A DNA stretch of 64,000 nucleotides from Utricularia gibba (GCA_002189035.1 NEEC01000021.1:434001-498000); one strand, 5' to 3'; counted from the first letter of the stretch, positions 38,212-51,289 are shown. Program-made: numbers and translations. The notes: generated by a model not told the origin, from the letters alone.

Positions 38212-40896
38212 TTAGCACCAATCCGCATCATCTTCTGGCAATTCGATTAGCCGATCACCAGCATATAATTGAAGGGTGTCATTTCCATGATCTTGCTTCT
38301 CTTGAAGCATTTGCTTCATAGATTCCATCAAGGACCTGCTGCAACGAAGCAGTATAATAGAAGCCAGTGATTGAAGATCTCCAGTGTCAGAGGGAAATTC
38401 AAAATGAGACAATTGCATCAACACCAATTTCTCAAGTTTGGGGAAGTCATCGCTCTCCTCTACTTCCAACTGCCAAATGCTTGTGTGGGATGCCTCAATT
38501 CTCAAGAACTTCAATTCAGGAAAATTCCCTTTTATAATCAATTTCTTATCCATGCCTACAGTGGACAGCCACAAAATCTCTAGAAACTGCAATGAACCCA
38601 TTGATGCGATGAGTTCCTTAGATATCTCCTCACTCTTCATCCGTAACTCCTTCAGTAATGGTGGGAACATGTTGATGTTGCGTGATTGATCCTTGGTGAG
38701 GCCATTCAAATGAAGTAATTGCAGTTGTTCAAATTTCACCACATTATCCAAAGGACCAATCACATGTGGGTATCTGCTAATCAAGGGGGTTAAGAAATAT
38801 AACCTCCTTAAGTTTGGGATGTTTTTCACAACCTCTTCTTCAAAGCACATCAGATCGATTTGTAGCGTATGCAGGTGTTTCAACACCTTGGGATGGTGAT
38901 GATTCTTACCTTGAGATAATCCAGTCACTTGTGGTGTAGCTATAAATACACCTTCAAGAGAAAGATGTCTAAGTTGCTGCATTTCCCATATATCAAGAGG
39001 AAAAGTCACCCCACGATTCTGAACTCGCAGAATCTGGAGGTTCCAAAGGTAAAACTGCATAGGTAAGTGTAGAAATCCAGGTATTCCTTTGCAATGAGGT
39101 GCTCTTTTAGATATAGATACATATGCACACCTGGTGATTCCGACAACTGGTGTGGTGAATATTTTTGGGATTACTGTATTTTGCAACAGAGTTCTTCCAA
39201 ATGAAATGGGATGGTGTGCACCACCATGATATTCATCAAAATCACCAGTTCTTGATATCAGAAGCATACCTTCCTTTTCATATTCAGTTTTTGAAACATG
39301 TAGTAAAAGATCATGAATCCCATAATCTTCGGCATATAATGCATCATTATTTCTCCAACACTTGATTAAGTTTCGTTCCACCAACTCATTCACATATGAT
39401 GCTGCAACATCTTCTATGGCTGTGCCAACTACTGGTTTCACAAATCCTACACTTATCCATTCCTCGACTATCTCCTCTAGAAGGATCCTTTCATTTTCAT
39501 GCAAATGACTAAACCACAAAAAACATGGCTTCAAATGAATAGGTAAGTAATAGTAGCTCAAAGACAATACCTCTGTACAATCTTCAAAACGAGCCACTTC
39601 AGTCAAATTTTGTTCAACATTCTTCCAATATTCCAATGTCATATTGGACTTTGAAAGCAACCCTGCAATGGTGACCAATGATATAGGGAGTCCTTTGCAA
39701 TTCTTCGCAATTCTTCTACCAAGTGTTTCTAACTCACTAGGACACTTTCGTCTGCCAAAGATCTTTTCACAAAGAAAATCCCAACTCGATTCTTCATCTA
39801 AGATTTCCATAACACATTGTTTTTCCAAGCTTGTGATGTTGGCCACATCTTTCATTCTGGTAGTTATAACAACTCGGCTCTTGTTCTGATTATTCGGGAG
39901 AAATTTCTTCAAATATTCCCATGCTGCTACAGACCACACATCATCCATAACAATCAAGTATCTACGACCATGTAAGAATTGGTGCAGCCTGGTACCAAGT
40001 TCATAATTTTCAGCATCAGTATTATCTCCTAGAAGGCTCTGAAGAATGTGACGCTCGTTATAATCCTCTGAAACTGTACACCACCTAAAAATATCGAATT
40101 TCCCTTTGAGTTTCGGGTTGTCAAAGAGAAGTCGAGCCAAAGTGGTTTTTCCGATGCCGCCCATTCCAACAATAGAAATGATCTCAAGGTTTTTTGCATG
40201 GCTCGTTATCTCTTGAATCATCCAACTCTCCTTTTCTTGCAAGCCCAAGACAAGTGTTGTTTCTCTTGACTTAGGAATAGAGTTGAAGGATGAAAGCGAT
40301 TCAACTGGACTATCAAGTGTTAGTATCCTTTTCTCCATGGATTGAAGTTTCTCCCTCATCTCTTTCATCAAGGATGTCAACCAATCACCCTTTTCACCAA
40401 TCTGGCCCATGAGTTCTGTACTCATGTAGAGATGGGATTCAATGAATATAAAGATGAGATCTTGAAGCATAACCTCCATTCTCTTAAACTGAGTTCCAAG
40501 CATCAGACGCAGCACATATTTAACCCTATCATGCAGATCAGAGACGAGTTCATCTCTCATTTCAAGAACCATAGGTTCAAGTTCCTGAATCGCCCGATCT
40601 ATAGCTTGCTGTAGCCCCTCACCATTCCCACAAACTTCTTCATCAATCTTTGAAGCTAAGAAGAGCTCAGTCTCTGCAGCAACATCCTTCACATGCCGAG
40701 CCAAAGTCCTCAGCTGCGGCTTCAACGTAGGATGGGGTGGAAGAGCTTCAAGAAACTGTATCAACATTCGCACCTCGTTACCAAGATCCTCAATTTTTCT
40801 GCTGTCGATTTGGATTCTTCCATTTGCATGGAGACTCTGGGTTGCAACAAGTGCATCCTCCAAGGGAAGCAGGGACACGTAAGCTGCTACAGCCAT
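38212..40896 (-). CDS. CC-NB-ARC-LRR resistance protein (late blight R1A/R1B-like), single exon
   Basis: Uninterrupted ORF (909 aa from 40941; likelier start MAVAAY at 40896); P-loop GMGGIGKTT, kinase-2 LIVMDDVW, RNBS-B SRVVITTR, CKGLPI, LSLSYYYLPIHLKPCFL, IHDLL; LRR-like WNLQIL, WEMQQLRHL, FPELKFL, FPKLEKLVL. Confidence 0.93.
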   Translation of the reverse strand: MAVAAYVSLLPLEDALVATQSLHANGRIQIDSRKIEDLGNEVRMLIQFLEALPPHPTLKPQLRTLARHVKDVAAETELFLASKIDEEVCGNGEGLQQAIDRAIQELEPMVLEMRDELVSDLHDRVKYVLRLMLGTQFKRMEVMLQDLIFIFIESHLYMSTELMGQIGEKGDWLTSLMKEMREKLQSMEKRILTLDSPVESLSSFNSIPKSRETTLVLGLQEKESWMIQEITSHAKNLEIISIVGMGGIGKTTLARLLFDNPKLKGKFDIFRWCTVSEDYNERHILQSLLGDNTDAENYELGTRLHQFLHGRRYLIVMDDVWSVAAWEYLKKFLPNNQNKSRVVITTRMKDVANITSLEKQCVMEILDEESSWDFLCEKIFGRRKCPSELETLGRRIAKNCKGLPISLVTIAGLLSKSNMTLEYWKNVEQNLTEVARFEDCTEVLSLSYYYLPIHLKPCFLWFSHLHENERILLEEIVEEWISVGFVKPVVGTAIEDVAASYVNELVERNLIKCWRNNDALYAEDYGIHDLLLHVSKTEYEKEGMLLISRTGDFDEYHGGAHHPISFGRTLLQNTVIPKIFTTPVVGITRCAYVSISKRAPHCKGIPGFLHLPMQFYLWNLQILRVQNRGVTFPLDIWEMQQLRHLSLEGVFIATPQVTGLSQGKNHHHPKVLKHLHTLQIDLMCFEEEVVKNIPNLRRLYFLTPLISRYPHVIGPLDNVVKFEQLQLLHLNGLTKDQSRNINMFPPLLKELRMKSEEISKELIASMGSLQFLEILWLSTVGMDKKLIIKGNFPELKFLRIEASHTSIWQLEVEESDDFPKLEKLVLMQLSHFEFPSDTGDLQSLASIILLRCSRSLMESMKQMLQEKQDHGNDTLQLYAGDRLIELPEDDADWC

Positions 40897-43618
40897 TGAT
40901 TTGTTGCTCAAAGCCTTGGGTGCAAAGGAGTGTCGCAACACCGAAGATGGTAGACTTCTTATGGCTCTAGCATGCTCTTATAAGCTGGCTCTCCTAACTC
41001 ATTTTTTATTTTTTTTAAAATTTAAAAATAAAGTATAAATTATTAATTTTATACCAAAGTTCATCTTAACTTGTCTTATTATGAATTTATTTCAATCCTT
41101 CATAGGAACTCCACAATCCAACTATAGGATCAAAACCATGCTCTATTCATTTTCTTATATCAAAGATAATTCAAGTTACTAATATTTTCCATTTAATAGT
41201 AAGTGTTTTTTCTGTCAATATTGAGATTAACTTATTTTATTTTATGAAACATTCAAAATAATGTAAAAAATATAAAATATTGCTTTAATAGAGAGTAAAA
41301 AAAAGATATTTATTTTTTTAATTTAAAAAATGTAATATTAGTCTTGTTAGTAAAGATATATTTATTTAAGTTATTAAAAATACCAAAAATTTATAATCCA
41401 TTATTTTTTTTCATAGAATAAGTCCAATGTTAATTAAATACTATAAATTAGTATTCACATAGATATGAATCTATTTACAATATTTTTTAAATAATATTTC
41501 TTTACTTATAGTCAAGTCACAAGTGTCATTGAAGAGGAATGACTCATTTTCCTCATTGAAAATAGGTCAAACAAAAGACATTTGGTTCCACACGGAAAAA
41601 CTGGTGTTCCACTCTACAATATAAATGTGTACGCATCAACGCAGTCAATTAGTATTTCAAACGTGAGATAATGTAGAAATTATTAAATAATACATTTAAA
41701 TATAATGTATATTTTATTTTATAAATATTATAAATGTAAATATATGATTAACTTACACAAAATTATTTATAATTAATTAATTTGTGAATAAATGAATAAA
41801 AAATTCAATTTTAAAATTTTGAAATTATGATCAAATTGTATTATCGTAATTTTTAAAATACATAAATTTTACACATCTATTAGGATTATTTAGTTTAAAA
41901 AAATCAATATACAAAATTAAATATAAGTGGATAAATTTTAAATATAATGATTTAAATTTATAATCTAAATATTATCAAACGGATCAAATTAATTGTATTA
42001 TAAATTTAATTTATTAAATCAAATATTGTTAAAATTTATCCATCTTATATTTAATTTCATATATCTTTTTTTAAATTTAATAATCGTGATTTTCATGCAC
42101 TTACATAATTTCAATTCAATCAATCAAGTGCAATAATTAATTTTAAACTTTATTGATTTAAAAATTTATAATTAATTTTATAATTAATTTTTTCATAAAT
42201 AAATAAATTAAAAATAATAATTGTAACTTAATTATATATTTATTTATTTTTAATTTAATACACATGTAAATATATGCTAGTTATAATAGGAAGATATCAA
42301 TTATGTTCTTATTTATATTTAATATGATTTATTTGAATATTTAAATATAAATGATTTCTACATTGGATTTTCTATAAAATAATAATTGATTAATTTGGAA
42401 ATAAAAATATTCAATCATCATTAATCTCTATTTCCACAATTCACCAACCTTGCCGTCCGTTTGTCTATGACATGTCGGGTACCAGACTTCCCTGAGGTAA
42501 CATTTTAAAGAGTTTTATATTCAATATGATTAAATTATTGTTTAGCCACCGACCAAATGCAACATGATTAAACTTTAAGACATGCTAAATCATCGTCTCG
42601 GAATTCCATCATTTGATCAACAACATATAAATAACGTTGTTTTAGAACCTTCTGCTCAGCTGATTCTAACAAAGTGTGGCTACAACCAATAAAGTTAATA
42701 GAAGCCAACGCTTGCTGATTCTCAAAGATGATGGGGAAACTATGTTTTCAATTTTGTTGCTTAACAGTTTTTCTACAACTCGCCTGTTAACTGAATATCC
42801 GATTACTTGTTTTAAATGTAAAGATTTTTTATGTTCAAAATTTTTTCAGTGTTTATGCTTTGTTGTCCTTAGGGTATGAGCATTGATGTCCGGATAATAA
42901 TAACCTGTTGGACACGTAGATGGATAGAAATTAATAAACCTTCCGGATAATGATGTGTAGTATATTTTTCTCGGTCCATTTTTGGTCCGCGGACATTCTC
43001 TCCCCACGGACAATGCATCATTTTTTTATTTCTTTAATTCTTTGTTTATTCAAATATATTTAATATATAAATTTATTTCTTCACAAGCAACCCTATTTTT
43101 TCGTTCTCCTCTTGTGCGGTGAATCTGGTTTGATAAAAAGGTGAAGATCCATTTCAAATTTTTTGTTTGTAGCTATTGGGTAATGTAGGATTTTCATATT
43201 TTCACAAGTTATGAAAGTTTTCATCTTCAATTAGTATATTAATTGTACTAATTGAAAGATTTCGAAAATTTCTAAACATTCTTGTTTTTTTTGCTTAATA
43301 TTTTGGAATAACTAGTATTTGATAATGTTTTACAGTTCATATTATAATCTTTTGTAGAATAATTATGTTATATATCATGGTATAAAGTTATTTTTTATAA
43401 TGTCTCATAGATTTAATGAAACTTGATTAATGTTAAATATTTGTTGATTCTATTATTATTTTTTATTTTCTTATATGCATTTTCGATTTTTTGTTTTATT
43501 TTTTAGAATCATTTCAGTATATTGCATTTAATTTTATAGTATTTATATTAAGTGTATTTATTTAAATGTTCATTTGATCATTTTTTCAATGATAATTTTT
43601 TAGGTTAATATAGCTTCA

Positions 43619-44577
43619 ATGGCAAGATGGACAAATGAAAAAGTTAACATATTAGTGTCAGCCTGGTTAAATACTTCTACTGATCCTATTACCGTTAATT
43701 CTCAAAAGGCAGAGTCATTTTGGAAAGCCATTGGTTCTTTCTATTGTGATGCAATTAAAGTTAATGGAACAAATTGAAAAGTTCGATAACCTGAAGCCTA
43801 GAGGAAGAAGTGGAAAAGTTCAAGTACATATGTCCAAATTTTTTTTGGAATGTATGATAGGATTTCACGACAGGATTCAAATGGTTACAACAACTATGAC
43901 TTGATTGATATAAGTTTGAAGTTATATAAGGAAGAATTTCATAAACCCTTTACATATTTGGAAGTTTGGAAAATATTGCGAGATCAACCAAAATGGATGA
44001 CGGTAAAATCCTTTATTATTTACATCTTGTTTTTTTATTAATTCATTGTTTTGTATGAAAACATGATGTAGACAATGGAAGTAAGAAGAAAAAGAAAGCA
44101 AGTATCACATGTGACTCTTCATCAGTTCAATCTGCTATGCCTGCAAATATGATAGAATAAGTGGATTCAGAAGTTCCAATTATACAACGTCCTATTGGAC
44201 AAAAGAATGCTAAAAAACTACGACTTCAAGGAAGTACCTCAAGCGGGATTTCTCAAGAGAAAAAAGATGTTGTCAAAGCCCTCACTGATAAATTGGATGA
44301 GTATAAGATTGAAATGGCAAGACACAATACACTGTATCAACAACATATTGTAGTGAAGAATGCAGAAATTGCAGTGAACTCTGCACATGAGTTAAGGTTG
44401 TTGATCGAGATGGATGTGTCGAAGATTGATGACTTTCAAAGAATGCTCTATAGTGAGGCATGCAATCGTGCATTATCTGGTATGAATGCTCAGCAGAATT
44501 CACTTCCTATTCAAGCTAATGCACCTCCTCCACAGCCCAGTTTTCATGAACTACATAGTGGTCAAAGTGATGATTGA
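43619..44577 (+). pseudogene. PIF ORF1 (Myb/SANT-like, NAM-associated type) DNA-binding protein, disrupted
   Basis: MARWTNEKVNILVSAWLNTSTDPITVNSQKAESFWKAI...; KPFTYLEVWKILRDQPKW; IQRPIGQKNAKK; in-frame stop near 43775. Confidence 0.75.
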
Positions 44578-44696
44578 TTTTCCCTCATGTTGTTTATTTT
44601 GATTGAGCTTCAACTTTTATGAACTATGCAACTTCAATTTAGTTTATTATATCGCATTGAACAATTTATTTAACTTATTAAACCTATCTCAACAAG

Positions 44697-44894
44697 CATA
44701 TCTTACAACTACTAATTTATCCTATCAATCATACTTCATAACCATTAATCTATCACACTATCCATATTTTCCAACTACTAATCCACAACATCCACCACAC
44801 CTTCCAACTATCAATTCACCACGCCAACCACACCTTCCAACTACCAATCTACCACACCAAACACGTTTCACAACTACCAACCTACCACACCAAC
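44697..44894 (+). repeat. Degenerate minisatellite, six 33-bp units
   Basis: Units start at 44697, 44730, 44763, 44796, 44829, 44862, consensus ~CACACCTTCCAACTACCAATCTACCACACCAAC. Confidence 0.85.
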
Positions 44895-44953
44895 TACATC
44901 TCACTCATTATATATAACTTGTTCCATTGATAATGAATTCATTCCTGAATTCA

Positions 44954-46263
44954 ATGGATTCTCACAACAATGAAGAGCATGTTTCTTTTCGAAATGAGCA
45001 TTTTGATCCAGAGGATTTTTCAATCATTATGCCTCATCATAGTAGTGCAGTTATTGATGCTATTGAAGCTAATGTTGAATATATATTCTAAGATGAGCCA
45101 TATCAAACCCGAAGAAATAGAGGAAAGCATGAATACATTGATCGTGGGCGTGAGTTTGGAAACACTCGCCTAGTGGAAGACTATTTCTCCATCAATGCTA
45201 CTTACAATGATCAGATATTTCGTCGACGTTTTAGAATGCGTCGTAGTTTGTTCGAGCGTATTATGTCCAATCTTGTGGAAATAGTTCCATATCTACAAGA
45301 GAAACCAGATGCAACCGGTCGTGTCTCCTTAACAACAAGACAAAAATGTACTGCCGCAATGCACATGATGGCATATGGATATGGTGCAGATGCTTGTGAT
45401 GAATATCTTCGAATTGGTGAGTCAACTACTCTCAAGTGCTTAAGATCTTTTATAATTGGAATTCGTACAGTGTTTGAGACAGAATATATGAGACGACCCA
45501 ATCCAAGCGACATTCAAAGACTTCTATCATGGGGTGAAGAAAGAGGATTCCCTGGTATGTTAGGAAATATAGATTGCATGCATTGGGAGTGGAAAAATTG
45601 TCCTGTAGCTTGGAAAGGACAATATACTCGTGGACATGGGTATTCTACTATCATATTAGAGGTAGTTGCTTCAAATGATACGTGGATATGTCATTCGTTC
45701 TTTGGTACTCCAAGTTCAAATAATGATCTTAATGTATTATCTCATTCAACATTATTTGATGACTGCATCGAGGTGTGGTTCCTCCAGTTGAATTCTTGGT
45801 CAATGGAAACAAATATGATATGGGATATTACTTAGCTGATGGTATTTATCCTGAATGGCCTGTTTTTATGAAAACTATTACTCGTCCACATAATCCAAAA
45901 ACAAGGCTCTTTGCTACTCGACAAGAAAGTGCAAGAAAGGATGTAGGACGAGCTTTTGGACTATTAAAAGCAAGGTTTGGAATTATTTATTCACATGCTC
46001 GCATGTGGAATCATGAAACTCTAGTTAATATCATGTATGATGCTATAATTTTACACAATATGATTGTTGAAGATAAAGGACATGATACTCAATCAGATCC
46101 TGAAGACTATGATCAGATAACACAAGATCCACCTGATTTATTAGGATAAAATATACATGCTTTTGAAGCATATCTTGCTCGAGTTGTGAAATCCAAGGAA
46201 ACAAGATTGCACAGACAGTTGAAAGCAAATTTGGTTGAGCATATTTGGAATAAGTTTAGTTAA
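44954..46263 (+). pseudogene. PIF/Harbinger DDE transposase (plant transposon protein type), frameshifted
   Basis: FRRRFRMRRSLFERI, DACDEYLRIGESTT, GMLGNIDCMHWEWKNCPVAWKGQY, SNNDLNVL, YYLADGIYPEW, RKDVGRAFG, ILHNMIVEDK, HRQLKANLVEHIW; frame changes near 45170 and 45780. Confidence 0.85.
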
Positions 46264-47459
46264 TTTTATATTTGTTGTATCATGTATTGTTTGAATAATA
46301 ATTTTCTCTATTTTAAATAAATATTATTGTTATATTTGATTAATTATGTAAATTAGTATAAAATTAATAAATATAAATATTATATACAACATTGTCCGGA
46401 TAGGAATGTGAGTGAGGAAGTAAGAATGATGTGTATCATTTAATATTATTATTATATTAAATAATTATAAAAAAATAAAACAAATATGAGGTGGAATCCA
46501 TATTGTACGGACACTAATACGCATGCCCTTATAGTGACTTTACAAAGAAAAAAAAGAGGGAGAGGGAGAAAAAGACATTAGGTGCCAAAAGTAAGGTTCT
46601 TTGATGAAACTATGACCAACAACCATATATAAGATTTTGTGATTCCATCAATTTTCCTCAAAATGAGGACTCCCTTAAAAAAAGGGGTCTCTATGATTTT
46701 TGTTATTTCTATTTTCTTTTATGATGAAAGTGTACTAAATAGTTATTGGTCTAAGTTTTTATCTGATTCATGCTTATTTGAGTGACTAGCATTAATTTGA
46801 TTGAAGGATATGGAAAGAAATTATGGATCAGAAGGATGTCTTATGATGTGTTTAATAAATAAAAATGATCAGAATTTAGAGAATAATGAGTTGATGGTTC
46901 CATTAGGATGTATTAGAAAAGTGACTACATTCTTTCATGTGTATAAGAGAAGTGGTCATTGCATATATGAAAAATTGATTGTAGTGTGTGAGATATAAAG
47001 TCAGAGTTACCAATTTTCTTTCCATTCATATCATCATGACATCTAACAATCATATTATTTAAAAATCAAATCATATCTAATTTACAAATACCAATTAAAT
47101 CAAGTCACATATGCACCATGACAATTTGAAGGATGATATTCAAATCATATTGCATCAACATGGAAAGACTGGGTGTTGAAACATTCAATATGAATATGTT
47201 CACATCAAAGCAGTTGTTTAAGTGGATAAAAATAATATTAAATTTTATAAATAAAAAAATAAGGTAAAAAGAAAAAAATTTTGAATTAACTTTTTAAATT
47301 ATTATTTTTTTAAATAAGATGGTGGTAACCTTTTGCAATATACAAAGAAGACCCACCATTGCATATGGAGTACTATAATAAAGAGTATTCATGTCATAGA
47401 TTTGATTCTCATAAATTTAAGTTGAGGAATATTTTTCTTTACAATCAGCTTTTGCTTCA

Positions 47460-47792
47460 TATGTAGAAACTGTAATGAACTCATTGATGCTATGTGTTCT
47501 TTAGATACCTCCTCACTCTACATCCATAGCTCCTTCAATAACAGTTGGAGCATGTTGATGTTGCATGATTCATCTCAACTGAGGCTATTCAAATGAAGTA
47601 GTTGTAGTTGCTCAAATTTCACAACATTATCCAAATAACCAACTGCAAATGGATTTCTAGCAAATGCAGGTTTTCAATACCTTACAACGATGATAATCTT
47701 TGATTGTCTTAATCCATTGCCTATGATTTAGATATAGTTGTACCTCCAAGATAAAGATGTCTAATTAGTTGCATTTCCTAGATATTGAAGAG
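47460..47792 (-). pseudogene. LRR-region fragment of an NLR paralog
   Basis: Alignable by eye to 38580-39000 of the intact NLR (tagaaactg.aatgaac.cattgatgc.atg; aaatttcac.acattatccaaa) with indels and stops. Confidence 0.85.
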
Positions 47793-50105
47793 TTTGAAAG
47801 GCACAATTGATGAGTCAACTCAACTTTATAGGAATTAATGGAAAGAAAGACAGAGGCTCATACACAAGCAGACAAAGATGGTCCAAATGTGCTGAACAAT
47901 TAACAAAGTAAACACAAATTGTGAAGAACAAATCAAGTCCTGCAAGCTCAAGAACACTCAATGGTCAAAAACTTTGTACATATAGTAAATAATCAACAAA
48001 TGTATACCTCTGTATAAATAGGAAATGTACGACATAATGTAATTGTAGGGTAATAAGTGACATCAATATACAAGATTTTTTTCTATAGTCTTTTTCTTAT
48101 ACAAGGAGAACAAAAGATTTTCATGATGAACCCAACGTGAAGCGGTAACTTGATCACAACTTTCTTATTTTTGTTGAATAACCTATCTGCAATATGAAAA
48201 TCAGCAGTCTTGTACCATGGCTACTCTTCCTACACCTCCCTCTTTTGATGGAAAAAATCCAAAAGGATTAAGAGTGTGCAAATGAAAATGAAAAATTACT
48301 TCTTCAACAATGAGTTGTGAAACTACTTCAATGAAACTCCACTCAACAGTGACAATCAAGATGTTGCACGTACAAAAAACTGGAAAGCATGGTAGTAACC
48401 GATCAAGTTTATGAGGTAATCTTAGATTGTAATACTCCAAAGAAAGCATGGAACCTACTAAAAAAACTTACCTCAAAAATGCAAAAAGTCAAGCAACTCA
48501 AATTGATTATCAATAAAGAGCCCTAGACACACTAAGATTAAACATTGGAGATTCCTTTGAGGCCTTGTCCGATGCTATAAACGTATGTAAGAAAGTTGAA
48601 ACTTTTTGGAACAACCCTGGATGAGGATAAATTGAAGGATATTATCATAGCTATTTTTCTAATCTCCCAAAACCTTACAATTGCATTTCTTTAGCTACTA
48701 TTATATACACAAATTCACACATGCATAATTACTCGAAAATATCCAAGAAATAGAGCTATATACAAGACCTTCATAGGTGGAGGAGAAGGTTTTGCTGCTA
48801 CCTACAATCCAAAGAAGCAGATGAAAATGTGTATCGAAAATTGATAAGATCATTGATATACTTTACAGTTACTAGAATCAATATAACATTTGTTGTGAAT
48901 TTATTATCTCAATTCATTTCTAAACCTCTTGAAGTACATTTGAAAGAAGGAAAGAATATATTGAAATACTTAAATGGCACAAATGACATGGGAATTACAT
49001 TATAAAAGAGATATAATTCTTTTTTTACAAGTCTATTGTGAGAATTTTTAAGCATGTGATTTATTAGACAGAAAGTCCACCACGGGATGCGTTTTCACGA
49101 TAAGTGGTATTATATTTTCTTGGATTAAGAAGTAATCTGTCATGGTTGTGGCTCAATCTTCAATTAAAGCCGAATACATGGCTGTTGTTGTTGCCTTGAA
49201 TCAACACCAATGGCTACTAGAGTTCTTTGATAACCTACGCTTGCACATATAGAAACCCGTGATAATGTATATGCACAATTAGTTAGTGATTACATGGGAA
49301 ACAATCTCTAACTTTTCAGCCATAAAAAACACATCCGAATCAGGCATCATGTGATAACAAATTACATTAGATAAACATTAATCAAATTAAAGTATATTGC
49401 ATCTGAAAAAAAATTAGCATATATTTTAACAAAATTGTTATATCCTAAGACTTATTGTTGCTTGAGATTCAAATTAGGTTTGAAACAACTACTACAATTG
49501 CATGGAAAAATTAAAGCTCATAAAATGGATGATCTGTCAACTTATCCTCAGTTGCAAGTACAAATTTCTAGTGAAGTCAAATTGAATTACAGAGAAAAAA
49601 AAAACCCATTTGCTAAAATTTAGAGTCAATCAAAAGATAGGATTTCTAGAGGCACAAATTACGAATATCTACACCCACTTGGAGCTTTTCGATGAAAGTC
49701 AACATAGAAGAGAAATTCATGACCATGAAGAAGAAATCCCCAATTTAAAGTTTCCAAATCATAGGGGCATAAAGAGCTCGAAATGCTCAATTGATGAGTC
49801 AACTCACCCTCACAGGGAATAAATGGAGAGAAAGAGAGAGTCGCATACACAAGCGGAGAGAAGATGGTATAAGTGGCTGAACAATCAAGGTAAAGATAAA
49901 TTATAAAGAAGAGATCAAGTTCAACAAGGTAAAGAACACTCAACAGTCAAAAACCTTGTACACACTATAATAACTAATGGTTACATACCTCTGTATAAAT
50001 AGTAGATGTAGGATATAATGTAGTAATGGGGTAATAACCCACATCAATATACAAGATTTTTTTTCTATAAAGTATCTCTCATACAAGGAGAAAAAGTGTT
50101 CTTCA
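47793..50105 (+). mobile_element. Degenerate, internally deleted Ty1/Copia LTR retrotransposon
   Basis: Two diverged direct repeats (~47793-48123 and ~49770-50105) sharing ttgatgagtcaactca, atacctctgtataaatag and acatcaatatacaagattttttt; gag-like MATLPTPPSFDGKN at ~48215; RT/RNaseH relics ILKYLNGT, RKSTTGCVF, AQSSIKAEYMAV at 48950-49200. Confidence 0.8.
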
Positions 50106-50321
50106 TATATAAGTTGAAAAAGTCAAGCAACAAGTGTTGACTTTAAGAATATGTAAGTTCTAAAAGTAATAATGTATTGATAGAGGTAGAAATCTGTTGC
50201 ATGTCATTTCTTCAACAAATTTTAAATATTTAAAACGTAAAACACCAAAAAACGTAGTACGAGTATCAATCACAGGGAGTTGTTTTTCATGAAAAGTGTT
50301 TTGTAAGAAACTTCTACAAAA

Positions 50322-51289
50322 TGTCACGGTTTTGTAAAAGGGGTTTTACAACCTAAGTAATAGGCTTTGACTACGGGACGCAATTCCTGGGAATAAGATT
50401 CCATCTCCTTTTGTCCATCCTTGCCTCGGTTTTCACTGATTTCTTCCGAATAGCTGGTTATAGGAGCAAGGAATAGCCTACTCTCCCTTATACTCTGGTT
50501 GACAAGGAGGCACGGGAATAGCTTCATGTGATTCCCCCTTGGACGATTAGGAAGACAAGAGGATTGACTTCGATTGACTTCAAAACCGAATTGCGCACGT
50601 GTGCCCAGCTGTTGCCAATGGCCAGTGGCAGGTCTAAGGTCACAACCTGCCCACTATCGCGGTACCTAGGTCACAAACAATCCGCTACTTCCCTCGAACC
50701 GACAGGGTTGGAGTTGGTGCTCTTCACCTTGATCTTCACCAAAATCCGCGAGGAGTGGCTTGCTACTCATGGACCTTAACTAAGAGTCGTTACAGAAATA
50801 CTACAATAATACGCATGGAAGTATGCAGAATCCAAAATCAATTCAGCGAAGAACCGAGTGTATTGCTCAAGACTTGGAAGGAAACTTCATCTTCTCCCAG
50901 AAACTAAAGGGTTTTAGCCACAAAGGGCCTTGAAAACAGAAATGAAAATGAAAGCTAAGTGTTCTTCCTCCTTGAGAGGAGTAAGAACTCAAAAGTTCTA
51001 AGTACAAAGCTAAAGTGCGAAAAAGTCCGAAACTAAGTGCTCCAAGTAGCTTTTATATGACTCCCCACATGCATTAACTCTTTTGGGTCTCTTTTCCATC
51101 ATTCCTTCTGCCTTGCGTGCACCAGCAGTTTTCCTTTGCGTGCAAGTTAGCGCCCAATCATTGCTGCAGACTCTGACATGCCGTAAGTCAAGGGCCTTTA
51201 CTAGTGTTAGTCTTCCGCCCACAATCGTTCCAAGTCGTGTACAAGGCACGAAAACTCAAAGTCTGACCACCTGCAATACTCCTGCAACA
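50322..51289 (-). mobile_element. LTR-like fragment (probable Gypsy solo/partial LTR)
   Basis: GC-richer non-coding block bounded by TG...CA on the minus strand with an internal TATAAAAG (~51052-51059); no matching TSD found, so boundaries are uncertain. Confidence 0.45.

Larger units (their letters stand above)
42872..46528 (+). mobile_element. PIF/Harbinger DNA transposon (3657 bp), full-length termini, both ORFs decayed
   Basis: TIRs GGGTATGAGCATTGATGTCCG / GGGCATGCGTATTAGTGTCCG (16 of 21 match); TSD TTA at 42869-42871 and 46529-46531; two co-oriented internal ORFs. Confidence 0.88.
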
